A stretch of DNA of 64,000 nt from Octopus sinensis (taxonomy: Eukaryota). The translations under genes were made by a program, and so were the position numbers. The DNA lies in contig NC_043003.1 in the NCBI RefSeq assembly GCF_006345805.1, positions 71,114,001 through 71,178,000 of the forward strand, in the 5' to 3' direction. The notes under the pieces are model-generated. The model did no database searches. It saw only the letters and a program-made list of their open reading frames with translations, and had not been told where the DNA came from. Position 1 is the first letter of the stretch; every line of letters starts with the position of its first letter. This document shows, in pieces, positions 13,973 to 26,694 of the stretch.

Positions 13973-14833
13973 GATGTTTACCTTTTGACCGGCAGATGTA
14001 GAAAATAATTTTTTGTAACTAAACACTTTCAAACTTCGTATACTGGTAGAATGTGTCATATAAAACAAATTTTACTCTTAGCGTTTTTGAGAAAACTTTA
14101 TATTTACGAAGTTATTTCTTGTTAAAGTTGTCGTATTTCAGTAATTTCAACCAATCACTGACGTGTATTCAGCTGAATAAAATTACTGCTGTTGTTTTTC
14201 AACAACAACTTCCGGAGGTGTATATTTCGTTTGTCACTGTTATTTATGACATATATCATCTCAGTTACGTTTGTATGAATAAACGAGTGTATCTGAAGCA
14301 TGTTTACTTCATGGCACCACCATAATCGTTCATGCATTTCTACTGCTTTAATTTTTTTCCTGTTTTTCAGCTACTATTTTCGAAAAGCCTTTTTTACCCC
14401 ACTTACATCTCCAATTTATTCCTTTTTCTTTTTTGCCATAACTCCAACTCTAAAACCGTAACCCTAACCTAACCCTAAAACCTTAACCCTGACTCTAAAA
14501 CCCTAACCCTAACCCTAAAACCTTAAAGTTAAAACCAGTACAAACGCACGAACGATGTCATAAATAACAGTGATAAACGAAATACAACCGCCGATAGTTG
14601 TTGTTGACAAACAACAGCAGTAATTTTATTCAGCTGAATACACGTCAGTGATTGGTTGAAATTACCGAAATACGACAACTTTAACACGAAATAACTTCGT
14701 AAATATAAAGTTTTCTCAAAAATGCTAAGAGTAAAAGATGTTTTATATGACATATTCTACCAGTATACGAAGTTTGAAAGTGTTTAGTTACAAAAACTTA
14801 TTTTCTAAATCTGCCGGTCAAAAAGTAAAGATC
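13973..14833. mobile_element. Foldback element with ~300-bp arms and a CCCTAA-rich core
   Basis: 13973-14275 pairs with 14539-14833 (ttttgaccggcag...gtaactaaacactttcaaacttcgtatactggtagaat...). Core 14450-14525 has degenerate (CCCTAA)n. Confidence 0.8.
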
Positions 14834-16029
14834 TTCAAATGCTAGTCCTTCATTAGAAGAAAAGCAATAATGGAAGAGAGAAATAGTGCGTGTAGCGGAA
14901 ATTGTTTTTATAATTTTAAAAATGTAACAAAGAAAGAATAGTGAAAAAGGGGTAGTGTAAAGGAGATGAGTTGAAAAGTAACTGGATGAAAGCCTTTCTG
15001 TTGATGAAGGACAAAGCAGTTTATAGATGTATGTTTGTGTGTCTGAGAGCGGACTTAAGTGGGGATATGGTGTAGGCGTTTGCTGGTAAGATATATGAAT
15101 ATGTATACATATGTGTAAATGTGTAAATTTCGAGCCGTTGGTTAGCGGGGTGTCAGAGATGTTGATGTGTGTTTAATTGTTGCGTATGTGAGCGCGTTTA
15201 TGTAAAGATGCAAGCGTATGTGTGACTAAAGGTGTGAAGTGATGTAGGAGTGTGTGAGCATGCGTTTACGTAAAGATAAACTTATAAGACCGGGAAAACT
15301 TTCTTTAAGGTATGTATCTGTAAAACAAAGAACAAAAGGCTGAAAAATGTACGGGAAGCTGAAAAAGAGTTCGATGTCAAGACAAAAAAATCGAAGGAGA
15401 AAGTGAAATAGTATGGATGCGAAAACGTGTGAAAATGGTCCACACGTGCTACTGGTATGACGGGAAATGGCCGACGGAAGAAAGCTCAAACGTAGTTTTT
15501 TATTTTTAAATAAGAACGGATGCGATGGAGTGAATGGTGTAAGCGTGGTTGAGTGAGTGACTGTTATGTCAAATCAGCAGCAGTAAAGCAAGTAGTCAGA
15601 TCGCTGCTGACTTAACGAGTGAAAATGGAGGGAGGGGTTAGAAGAAATGATCAGGGTTGATGTGTGTGCTGGGTGGATGTGGGGATGGGTATAAGCGTGA
15701 ATAAGTAGAGGGTGTGTCAATGTCTGGGGGAAAGGAAAGGCGAAGAGAGGTGTGTGTAAGTGTGAATATGAAAGCAGGGATTTTAGTGTATATTTGATGG
15801 GAATATGTAAGCGTAGGTGAAAGGTTGTATGGCGTGATTGGTGGACGATTAGAGTATGTGACAATGATGTTGTGTAAGTACATAGAAGGTTTATAGTTAT
15901 ATATCTTTTACTCGATACAGCCATGAAACTGCAGCCATGTTACGGCACCACTTTGAAGAATTTTAGTTGAATGAATTGACCCCTGTAGTTCTTAAAAAGC
16001 CTGTTACTTAGTATATCGGTCTCTTTCGC

Positions 16030-16470
16030 CAACACCAATTCTTCTTCTTGTCTTGAGACAGCATTCACCCGGGGTGGGTTGAGCTGGCTTCATTCATCCT
16101 CAATGCCGCATCTCTCACAAACGCCGAAGAAGGTGAGATGTACATGAGGAATGTTTGAAGGATCTGGGGAATAGGAAGTTCGCTAGCGGTCCCCAGCCGC
16201 AAGTATATCCCCGTTGGGAAAACGTCTTGTTTGCCGTAGATTTTCCACAGACGCAGAGACAGGACGGAATGAAGCCGCCGGTTGCCGGATCAGACGCTTC
16301 TGTACACCAGAGCCCCGTTAGCTGGGTGCGGCCCTGATACCGCTGGGTGTCAGAACAATCCGCCTTGGGTGGCCCTACCAGAAACCGAAGTCTCCGACGG
16401 CATAGCTCTGACACTCCCGTTTCATCCCCTTACCACGATGAGGAGGGGTTGGACTTTATCAAGCGGTATT
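16030..16470 (-). mobile_element. Probable RTE-like LINE 3' remnant
   Basis: GC-rich island. Minus strand ends ...gctcaacccaccccgggtgaatgctgtctcaagacaagaagaagaa with an (AAG)n tail. Resemblance to RTE 3' ends is from recall only. Confidence 0.4.
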
Positions 16471-17401
16471 ATGGGACAAATACACAGACACACATACACA
16501 GCCACATATACGACAGGCTTTCAGTTTTCCTCCACCAAATCTCCTCACAAAATTTTGGTCGGCTCGAGGATCTTTTCTGTTTGGCTGCACCTGTGGAAAT
16601 TTTAAAGTTTAGTGAAAATTTTAAAATTTGATGTATTGACGTAATTTTCCACGCTGAATCTCAGGGGATAAATTCACTTTTTCCAGAACAAGTTTTTAAA
16701 AAGGTTACAGACGTTTTAAGTTTTTACCTAGTCGGAAAATAGGATTTGAAAGCTGTCATTTTGTGCGTGACTGTACGTGTTGCCCACAAATGAAATATTG
16801 GCAGAATTTTGATTTACACACGCCATATAAACCCCCGTAACCTTTATTATTATTTTTTTCGATTTCTTTCGATTTTTTAAAAATATTTTGCGAATTTGTA
16901 TTCTACACACAGTAATTTATACGATTATGCAAAACCAAAACAAAAAAATGTTGAAGCATGATTTAAAACCTGTTTAGCAATTACTTTTAACACATCTCAG
17001 GACCACTTCTTACCGCCTGTATTTTAAGCATTTAATAAGCAAAAATAACCACGTGGATGAGCAGCTTGTGACTATGGAAACAGGCATCTATATGTTTGTG
17101 GATTTCGATTGGCTAAAATTATCCAAGATTTGCAAATTTTAAAGGCTATTTACTCTTTTTATTGATTCATTGCAAAATGAATTTCATCTCAATGATTACC
17201 ATTCTAAACTACATCAACACATCAAATATGAAATCAATTGGGACAAAAATTGAACAAATTGAAAGGTGGAAGCCAAACAGATAAGATCCCAGCCCGAGAC
17301 TATAGCAGAAGATACTTGCCCAAGGTGCTACGCAATGGGACTGAGCCCAAAACCAAGTGGTTCGGAAGCAAACTTCTTACCATACATCCAAGCCTACCCC
17401 T

Positions 17402-17934
17402 ATTAAAAACACAAGAACGCCGGTGATAGTCCAAGAAATATTCCTCTTAAAAAATTATGGCCGGGCGTGTTGTCTTCCTTCGCTTGGTAGCTAGATTTTC
17501 CAATTTTGAAGTAAAAAATTCCGAAAATGTGGACAGCTCCCCACGGCTTCTGTCTAGGTGTTCAGATAGCCTCCTGGCTCATGTGAATTCATGAGGATAA
17601 TATATCTTTCTGCCATACACAATTTACACAATCTTGTTCCATTGCGATAGGGGCCACAAGTTTCCAGTAGTTTCTACCTGATGTTAAAGGGCGTATTATC
17701 GCCCTTTAGGCTCCATACGTATGCTGCGAGTGTTCTTGTGTTGCGTCTCTCGGGGACCCTGAAAGAAGATCTGTGGTTGTTCAGGCGAATATTAAATTTG
17801 GATTCACAAGATCCGACATAAATTTTAGTGTGTGTCCCTGTGTTGGCATTGATGTTACTAATATTTGTGCTGCTTCTGTTTGAGGCTACCTTTGCTTGGT
17901 ACACTGTAGCCTCGGTGTTACACTGGCTGTCCAC
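17402..17934 (-). mobile_element. Penelope-like element: GIY-YIG endonuclease and 3' end
   Basis: CNTEATVYQAKV...IYVGSCESKFNIRLNNHRSSF...TLAAYVWSLK, then PYRNGTRLCKLCMAERYIIL...LN...CPH, the typical PLE endonuclease pattern. Confidence 0.85.
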
Positions 17935-17944
17935 TAGGTATTCG

Positions 17945-18408
17945 TTTCTAATCTTTCAGGACATCATACACACCCTCAATGACCTTGGCTTTAAAATCGT
18001 CATAGAAATTAACTTCACCGTGGTGAACTTCTTGGAAGTCACGCTTGATCTAGTTAGTGGCACCTACAGACCATACCGTAAACCGAATGATAGGCTATCG
18101 TACATTAATATAGCCTCCTGCCACCCACCCATAGTGTTCAAAAACCTAATAAAAAGTGTCAGTAAACGGATTTCAATCTTATCTTCAAATAAAGATAAGA
18201 TATAATATCCTCATGAACTCATTTGAGCCAGGAAACTACCTGAACATCTGGACAGAAGCCGTAGGGAGTTGTCCACATTTTCGGAAATTTTTACTTCTAA
18301 ATTGGAAAACCTAGCTACCAAGCGAAGGAAGACATTTCGCCCGGCCATAATTTTTTAAGAGGAATATTTCTTGAGCTATCACCGGCGTTCTTGTGTTTAA
18401 AAAAAAAA
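17945..18408 (+). mobile_element. Penelope-like element: RT C-terminal fragment joined to a second copy of the 3' end
   Basis: LGFKIVIEINFTVVNFLEVTLDLVSGTYRPYRKPNDRLSYINIASCHPP..K...R.S..SS. 18203-18408 is the reverse complement of 17402-17602. Confidence 0.82.
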
Positions 18409-18502
18409 TTCTTTGCAGAGAACAGTTATCGTTTAGAAAAACTGAAGAAGTGTTTAGTTCACGCTAGAAATGAAACCAAGGGTTTTTTCAAAACACATAC
18501 AA

Positions 18503-18539
<37 letters not shown>

Positions 18540-19118
18540 ATATATATACGTAATTCATATATATATATATATATATATATACGTAATTTATACATACATG
18601 CACACCTGCGTGCAAACACACACACATATATAAAACGCCTTCCTATACTTGCTTAGCTCCACACACCGTCATTTACACCAAGAAATCCTCACGCACCCAA
18701 TACAGTGGGATTCACACATCCCACTCTCTACCCATCTCTATACATGCACGGTCCATCTCTTCCTAACCCTCCCCATAGAACTATGTTCCCACCTGGTCTC
18801 TAACTTTTTGTTTCTTTTCGAAACATCTTTTTCCATACGCTTATTTTTCTAATGAAGGACTGGCATCCTAAACGCCAGAACTCTCCTTTCTTTTTAAGCG
18901 TTAAACTAATACAAGATTTGTTAAAATTTGTCCCTTTCGTGATATCTTTTTTGTAGTTATTGTCTTTATATGTGTTTGTGCGTGTTTGGCTGTTTTAATG
19001 TACATTAAATCTTTTCCTAAGCTAAGTTGTCCTACACACTATTTTCTGCAAATAACATAAGAGTTTTGTTGAGATTCCAAACTTCGAAGTATTACCCGCT
19101 TATATTTTTGCCTTTCAG

Positions 19119-19158
19119 CCTGAAGATTCCTACTTTGGAAGGCCGTCTTCAACTCGAG
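19119..19158 (+). CDS. Exon E5: 40-nt phase 0-to-1 adaptor exon (PEDSYFGRPSSTR-G)
   Basis: Strong acceptor tatatttttgcctttcag and donor G|gtgagt. Supplies the phase change needed between E4 and R1. Not in the ORF track. Confidence 0.8.
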
Positions 19159-19216
19159 GTGAGTCAAATCAAAAATTGGAATTGTTAGCCAGTTAATTTT
19201 ACGTAATGATTCATAT

Positions 19217-19273
<57 letters not shown>

Positions 19274-19613
19274 TACCCACACCAAACCGCACACATTTGA
19301 ATGGGTATATCTCATTTTGTTCATGTATTGCATGGAATGACAACGTCATCCAGAAAATCGAAAATCGATGTTTACGAACGAAATCACTTGAGAATTTTGT
19401 TCAAAATCGACTTCTTGAAATTCCTTGATCCATTTTGCCGTTGTCAGAAATCCAGTCAACCATGGTTTAATCCATTGAAAACTTATTTTCTCCTGCGTTA
19501 TGCTCACCAATTTCAATTTAAATAACTACCATGGTTTTAAGTATTAATGAATTGCAATATTACTGCTTGTTTTAAAAATGAATTTAATTTCAGTTGTTTT
19601 TAATGTTTTGCAG

Positions 19614-19787
19614 GTTCAAAATCTGCAGATGCTTTGCGTGATCAGTTGAAGCTGGCAATTAAACAGAAAAACAAAGTCAATTTAGAAAGAGCTATTGCAG
19701 AATGCGAAGCGGCTAAATTACCAGAAATTGAAGCTGATCTCTACCAAGCTAAATCCTTTCTCAACTCTCTCGATAGTGGACGTCCAG
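19614..19787 (+). CDS. Repeat exon R1 (174 nt)
   Basis: ttgcag|GT...CCA G|gtaaat; GSKSADALRDQLKLAIKQKNKVNLERAIAECEAAKLPEIEADLYQAKSFLNSLDSGRP; not in ORF track. Confidence 0.88.
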
Positions 19788-20216
19788 GTAAATTTTCCAA
19801 TGGAATTTATTGATATATTTTATACTTTGTGGTGGCAATGCGACACGTTATAAGAGGTCCTCCTTGAAAGACTCGTTATAACATAACCGCTCATATTTTT
19901 CTATGCTGGTAGTTTTACCTGATAAACCTATACTGTTTCATGTTAACTAAAGAAAGTTTTTGATAATGATATAAATCTTATCACAGAAGCCCAGGATACT
20001 GTTATGGATATTCAAGAATTAATGAGAATCAAGATATCGTATTTTGGTCCAGCAAGATAAATGTACAAAATCAACAGAAATCTACCGTACTGTGCAGGAG
20101 CCAGCAAATATGGAGCAGTGTTTACAGGATAGTGTAGCAAATGGAGAAAGCAAATGGGATAGTGTTTACAGACAATCTTAAAAATTCAGACTACATAAGA
20201 CCCTATAGTTCTAGAT

Positions 20217-20475
20217 CAATGGTTCCCAAAGTGGCAGTACTGCCCTCTTGGGGGCGGTGGAAAGACGTTGAAGAAAAGTGGGATGACAATGGGGTGGCCT
20301 AAATGGGGTGATACATGTAAAAAAACATCTTAATAGGTAAATTAGGTTTAAGTTTTATTTGTGAAATACAGCTGTTTTGAATTTGCTGCAGAAAGTGTTC
20401 TATATTTGTGGTGGGAAGGGAAATGTGGCCTGGGTGCCAAGGGGACGACAGCCTGAAAAAGTTTGGGAACTACTG
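20217..20475. mobile_element. hAT (Charlie/Buster-like) MITE, 259 bp
   Basis: TIRs caatggttcccaaa / tttgggaactactg; 8-bp TSD ttctagat (20209-20216) versus ttctacat (20476-20483). Confidence 0.8.
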
Positions 20476-21246
20476 TTCTACATAAATAAAGTCTGGAGAG
20501 AATTGGAGATATTAAAGTTTCTCAATTTTTTGAGGTGTTCGTTTTTATGTTCGTTCAGAGAAAACTTTGGTGGTTTTTTTTTACAATAAAAAGGATGTTT
20601 ACATTTTCGAATATCCCGATAAAAAGGAACAGAAAAAAAGGAAGGTAAAATTTTTTCATAGAAAATTGTAGACGAAGTTTTTGAAATTTACTGGAGATAA
20701 TCTTTTGTCTGTCGGACAGAGAAAACTGTAGTGTTCTTGGAATAAAGAGGATGTTTACATTTTCGAATACTCAGTGGGGAGGGAAATGATAGGTATTCAC
20801 AGATGTAGATATTATGGGTTTTAAAGCTGATTGTTTATGTGTTCGAAAGCTGTAGACATGTAAGTTCCTTAACTTAGTTTGAGGGAAATTCAAAATACTC
20901 ACAGGAAACTGTAGATATTCCAGTCTTTTAGAGTTATTTTTCAGTTGTCCTATTGGGTTCTATCAGTGTTTCTGTGTCTTCAGCTACTGACAGATCAGAG
21001 CTGAGAAGAACACGTCCAGCCGCTGTCACGTTTTATTATTATTATATTCTTTCGGAGTCGATAAATTAAGTTCCAGTGAAACATTGGAGTTGATGTAATT
21101 GACTACGCTCCTCCTCCAAATTTGAGGCCTTGTACCTCCAGTAGGAAAGATTATGATTATTATTATTATCATTACTATTATTATTATTAATAATATTTAT
21201 AGGATTAAGGTAACTCCTCCAGAAGATATAGAAGCAAAAAAAAAAG

Positions 21247-21417
21247 AAGAGTGCCATTGTCATCAAGTGAACGATATTTCGATATCTCGTGTAGAGGAGT
21301 TATCTCAATCCTATAAATTTTAACCAAAATGAAGTAGATTGACACGTTTATTTTTTGAACCTGTGGAAGACACATGATATGTCGAAATATCGTTCACTTG
21401 ATGACAATGGCACTCTT
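21247..21417. repeat. Short inverted repeat (46-bp arms, ~77-nt spacer)
   Basis: aagagtgccattgtcatcaagtgaacgatatttcga pairs with tcgaaatatcgttcacttgatgacaatggcactctt. Confidence 0.75.
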
Positions 21418-21444
21418 GCTTTTTTTGCTATTATTATTATTATG

Positions 21445-21500
<56 letters not shown>

Positions 21501-21513
21501 CATTATTATTATG

Positions 21514-21795
21514 AAGCATTTCGTCCGCCTTTATATTCTCAGGTCAAAATCCACCAAAGTCGACTTTGCCTTTCATTCTTTCGGAATCGATAGATTAAGT
21601 ATCAGCGTATTCGACTAGTCCCCTCCTCCAAAATTTCAGGCCTTGTGCCTTTAGTAGAAAGGATTATTATTACTTTTATTAATAAACGTTTCGTCCGTCT
21701 TTATTGTTAGTTTTATTACTATAGCCTCGGGCCGATCAAAGCTTTGTCAGTGGATTTGGTAGACCGAAACTGAAAGAGGCCCGTCATATATATGT

Positions 21796-21833
<38 letters not shown>

Positions 21834-22255
21834 GTTTGTGTGTCTGTGTTTGTACTCTCGCCATCGCTTGACAACCGATGTTGGCGTGTTTACGTCTCTG
21901 TAACTTAGCGGTTCGGCAAAAGAAACCGATAGAATAAGTACTAGGCTTACAAAGAATAAGTACTGGGGTCGATTTGTACGAGTAAAGCTAGTGCCCCACC
22001 ATGGTCACAGTCAAATGACTGATACAAAGAGAAAAAAAAAGGAAAAAGAATAAGCATTTCGTCCGTCTTTACATTCTGCTGAGGTTGACATTGCCTTTCA
22101 TCCTCTCGGGTTCGATAAATTAAGTCGACTTTACCATTCATATTTTCGGGGTCAATGAAATAAGTACCAGTTGAACACTGGGGTCGATATAGTCGACTCA
22201 TCCCCTACCTCAAAATTGCTGCCCTTGTGGCAAAATTTGAAACTATTATTATTAT
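21514..22255 (+). mobile_element. Cluster of three SINE copies from two families
   Basis: 21514-21668 and 22052-22255 carry gtcgactttgcctttcat...gataaattaagtaccag. 21715-22040 carries ctatagcctcgggccga...gtaacttagcggttcggcaaaag...cagtcaaatgactga. Confidence 0.75.
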
Positions 22256-22489
22256 CGTATATCTGAGTTTTTGATTCCAAGTCTCAGCCAGAGACCTCAA
22301 GAGACAACACGATAGAAGTTGGTATTATGCCTTGGGTGTCATGTATTTGGTTTTGTACACAGTATTGTTCTAGAGGATGTTTAAGAAAGCATAAGAAAAT
22401 TATGAGCTTGTTTTAAAATTTGAGATTACATAGACAGTATTTTATGTAGGATATGGGCAGTTCTCATGAGCACTATCTTTTGAATTTCT

Positions 22490-22612
22490 GCTATTTCCAC
22501 TCACAAGACTTCGGTCGTACCCAAGGTGCCATTCAGTGGGACTGAACCCACAACCATATGGTTGGGAAGCAAGCTTCTTACCACACACCCACTCCTGCGC
22601 CTACAAACCACA
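22490..22612 (-). mobile_element. SINE 5' fragment with tRNA-like head
   Basis: Reverse complement of ggagtg...gtggtaagaagcttgcttcccaacc...ggttcagtcccactg...gcaccttggg. Similar fragments at ~17285-17398, 29900-30190, 46590-46730, 59135-59222 (all -). Confidence 0.7.
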
Positions 22613-22701
22613 CAGCTACTCCTGCACCTATCAGTACTTTTTTTTTATAAAAAAGAATATTTCTTCGAAATATTTAGTTGATTTTATTTTAATTCTTTCA
22701 G

Positions 22702-22875
22702 CTTCTGCATCTCCAGAAACTTTGCGCGACCAATTAAAACGAGCTATTATCCAAAAGGACAAACCCAATCTTGAGAAGGCGATTGAAGAATATGAAGCTT
22801 CTGGCATCCGTTCTGCAGATGATGATTTGCAGAAAGCCAAATGTCTTCTGGAAACACTTGGAGGAGGCAGAGGTG
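22702..22875 (+). CDS. Repeat exon R2 (174 nt)
   Basis: tttcag|CT...GGT G|gtaagt; ASASPETLRDQLKRAIIQKDKPNLEKAIEEYEASG...LETLGGGRG. Confidence 0.9.
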
Positions 22876-24174
22876 GTAAGTCATGATTTTGCTTTCACTG
22901 AAAGAAGTTGACATAAGTAAAAAAAAAAAATAAATAAAATAAAAAAAAAAAAAAAAAAATATTTCTTTAAGAAAATGAAATCGTAAATTTTATGCGAGTT
23001 GATTGAAACTTTAAATGTCGTCTTCAAAAAGGCAGGCAGAGATGCTGGATAATAGTCTTTGAGATTTACTTCAGATATATATATATATAAGGATTTTAGA
23101 AATAAGGCACAGCTGCTGGATTTCGTTTTGCTTATATTGAATTGAAAATGTTATGTAACTGAAAATGGCTTACTATTCTAGAAATGGGGGCAGAGCTGCT
23201 GGATTTCTAGAAATTGTATCCATTGAACATTGGGGAATAAAGTGGTATATTGGTTCCATTATTTGCAGGACAGATGAGCTATTGATTAGATATTGGAGAT
23301 ATTCATTTTAGTTGTTGAAATTCAATGATTAAGATAAAGACAACCGAAATATTTTTTGTCAGTATTATATTAAATTAAGGAGGTAAAACCACTGGAAACA
23401 TATATAAAACAAAACACATCACGTGAATCATCACACACACACACAAACATACAATTTGAGTGATATACAATTCTTTGGTTTCTTGAAGTTTTATTGTTTA
23501 CTACTTGTGTTTCTGAACGATATTCCAACTTCCTATTTGGTAATTGATATAGGTTTTTTAATTTTTTGTTACGATTCCGTGGTTTACATAAATAAAAATA
23601 TAAAACCTTATTACGATAGCAGAAGGAAATATATACAAAAGTTACACTCACACATACACACACACATTGCATTGAAAACACAAATATATTCTAGTTTTTA
23701 CTTTTGCTGATTATCTTTTATATTTTCGAATATGTCACTCGCAATTTCTTTGGAATAACCTTTTGAGAACACAATAGGAAAGGCCAAGTGGTTTATAAAT
23801 TCTGTTATAAGTGTTAAAGTTGTAACTTCATGACTTCAGTTCTTACATTGAATATGCAACCCAAGTACTTCTTAAGCTCACCATTCACTTAAAACATGAA
23901 GTAATTTCAATAAAATACGTCATAACAAAAACCAAAACTAAAGTAAGATACAACTTTTTTTCATATTTTTTTTCATGTGTCCGCCATAGTTCAACATTTA
24001 TAAGGTGTACAGAATTTCCAACCAAAATCTATAAATTAACATCCGCGATTGTACCTCCATAAAATACGTGTAATGCTTAGGGAAGTAACACAAATAAAAA
24101 ACTGGTGGTTGTTATGCTAGTTTTGTAGACGGTGGTGGTGACGATGGAGTTGATAATAGTGAATGAATACGAGA

Positions 24175-24209
<35 letters not shown>

Positions 24210-24222
24210 TGTGTGCGTGTGT

Positions 24223-24261
<39 letters not shown>

Positions 24262-26694
24262 AGTAATACAGGGCGTACTAAGAACTGAGAATCAGTGTGA
24301 CCTCACTGCATCTTTAGTCATTCCATTTTTCTGTCTTTCTCTTTCTACGTTCGTTTGAAGTGGCTGGGAGCTCATTTTAGTATATAAAGTAACGAGATCA
24401 TTACTTGAAAGTATTATACCGATGCAAGAATGAAAAAATACAAAAAAAATTGTTGTATCAAACTCCGTACTAGGCGTAGCTCATTATATAACTCCATCCT
24501 TCTTTAAATTCTTAAAATTTCTTATTGATAGATAGCACTCTACTTTACTATAACTGCAATTCCCTAAATGTCTGATCTGATTATTTGATGGTCCTAGTAT
24601 CCCCCACTATTTCTGTCCCTCTCCCCTGGTCATTTGCCCTTAGCTAGAGATTCCTGCATCCCGATCCTATACCTGAGTGGCTTGTATGCTTTTATTTTTA
24701 TTTTTCCTTCACCCTTGCGTTTCATTTATCTATTATTTCCTTTTGTTTTACGACATCTCCATTACATCTCACTACTCTAAACCTGCTATAATAAATTATC
24801 TCCTACACCCCCCTCCGGTCAACTTATGATTTGGGCTAGCAGACTCTTTCTCACACGGATCACTGACTTCAGATATCATATTACACACTTTCAAGAACTA
24901 CATTCTTAACTTAAACGGCCAACATAGTTGGTCATTCTCCCATTGCAAATAAATGAAGGAAGAAAAATGTTACCGTTAGTTGAAATGGTCCTTTATTTTC
25001 GTTACAACCATCATTACAAAGTAAGATACCCCTTCTTTGGGTTGTAGTTATACACATGTTAGTTATTGTTCTGCTATCCCTTCTGTAGGTAGTGAAATTC
25101 ATCTATGGTTGACTACTATAGGGAGAAGAGAGTCAGACAATTAGAAAGAGTAAGAGCTCTGTGGTCACGCGTTTACAAGCCATAAGTGAAGGGAGAAAAA
25201 TAGATGCCCTTTGACCAGAGACCAAGCAACCAAAGAGGGAGAACAGATCTGGGGTTCTGTATTTATATTTTTATTATCTAAATTAGGACAGGATGAAAAA
25301 ATGCTCTTTCCTCTGTAATCTGCCTTAACTCAAGTCTGACTCTCTCCTTCTCGTATTCATTCACTTACTCTCAAATTTCCTAGTGCAGAAAGTGAGCCTT
25401 TGGTAAATTGTTTTTCCGAGGTAGGTGGAGCTACGTGGAATGATAATTATGTTTTGTGTATGTACGTCAGGGAGGCTGATTCATTAAGAAACCAGTAAGA
25501 AACCAGTATATCTGTTGCAAGTGTTGATGAAAAATACCATACTATGAAATTTTTAGAGTTGTCAATCGTGTAAAACTTTGTTGTCAGGTGTATTCAGTTT
25601 AGGTATATTAGATTCAGGTCATGGGATTGTTTTTAAAGACATTTGGTTATCGTTGTGTTTTAGAGTTCCCAAAAGAAACACTGGTCTTACAAACATACGT
25701 GTCTTATATCCTCCTCTATCAGTCCATCTGTACCCCTACCTCCTAGACGTATATAGACAATTATCATCACATATAGCTCTACCTACTTCAGAAGAAAACA
25801 ACTTGCCAAATACTATGTAAAACCGAAATGAACCGAAGTGTACCATAATCCAACGAAGGCTACCAGGCCGAAACTTCGAAGTGACCCCTCTTCTTGTAAA
25901 AGTATAGTAAATGTGTATCCCACAAAAAGTATTCAATAATTCTTCAGTCTGTGCTAAATTGTTTTTACTATGGATATAAACACACACACGTTCGCGTGCG
26001 CGCACGGACACACACACACACAAAACGTGCATAAACGTCTTCTAAAATACCGTTTTCATCTCTATATCTATAAACGGCAAAATGTCTGTGTCTTCGTGTC
26101 CTTTATACAAATCCACAGTTTTTTCACGTTAAAGGCTCGCATTTTCTATGGGCTTTCAAAACTGTCTGAGGGTGGTCAGGAAGATCTTTTCATTTCCCCA
26201 GTCACCCTAGAAAGTCATTAAAAACATCGATAAACCGACCCCTTATGCACATAAGTTATGGGCATATCTATTCAGAATCGCTAAAACATAGAAATTTGTA
26301 CGCGGTGCGTGCGTACAGCTAGATACGTCAATAGACTACCAGCTGTTTGGACGGAGATAATTTTACTCTTGATTAAGCGGAGATAATTTTACCCTTGACA
26401 GTTGAATGCGCGTGCGCATTTACAGACAGCGCAATTTTGTTTTGCGAAGACGTGTTATCATGTGTTTTGGCTTTTAAATGTGCACGCTTTTTTTATTTGA
26501 GAAATGCAGGGGATAATTAACGAGTTAGATCAAGTGAATGACAAGAGAGCGGGATTTTCATGAAAGACCAAATATGCTTGATATGCTATCATTTCTTAAG
26601 TATGCCATAAAACGACCCGGCAACGAACAACAAGCACTAGCACTAGACCCGGCGACACCGGGTCATATTGCTAGTTATAATTATACGTTTGTAG

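Noticed and set aside
14450-14525. True telomere or chromosome-fusion scar
   Set aside because: Short, degenerate, single-orientation array embedded in a foldback element inside an intron.
17828-18205. 125-aa ORF with a hydrophobic, signal/TM-like N-terminus
   Set aside because: Chimera of the antisense of the PLE endonuclease region and a PLE RT fragment.
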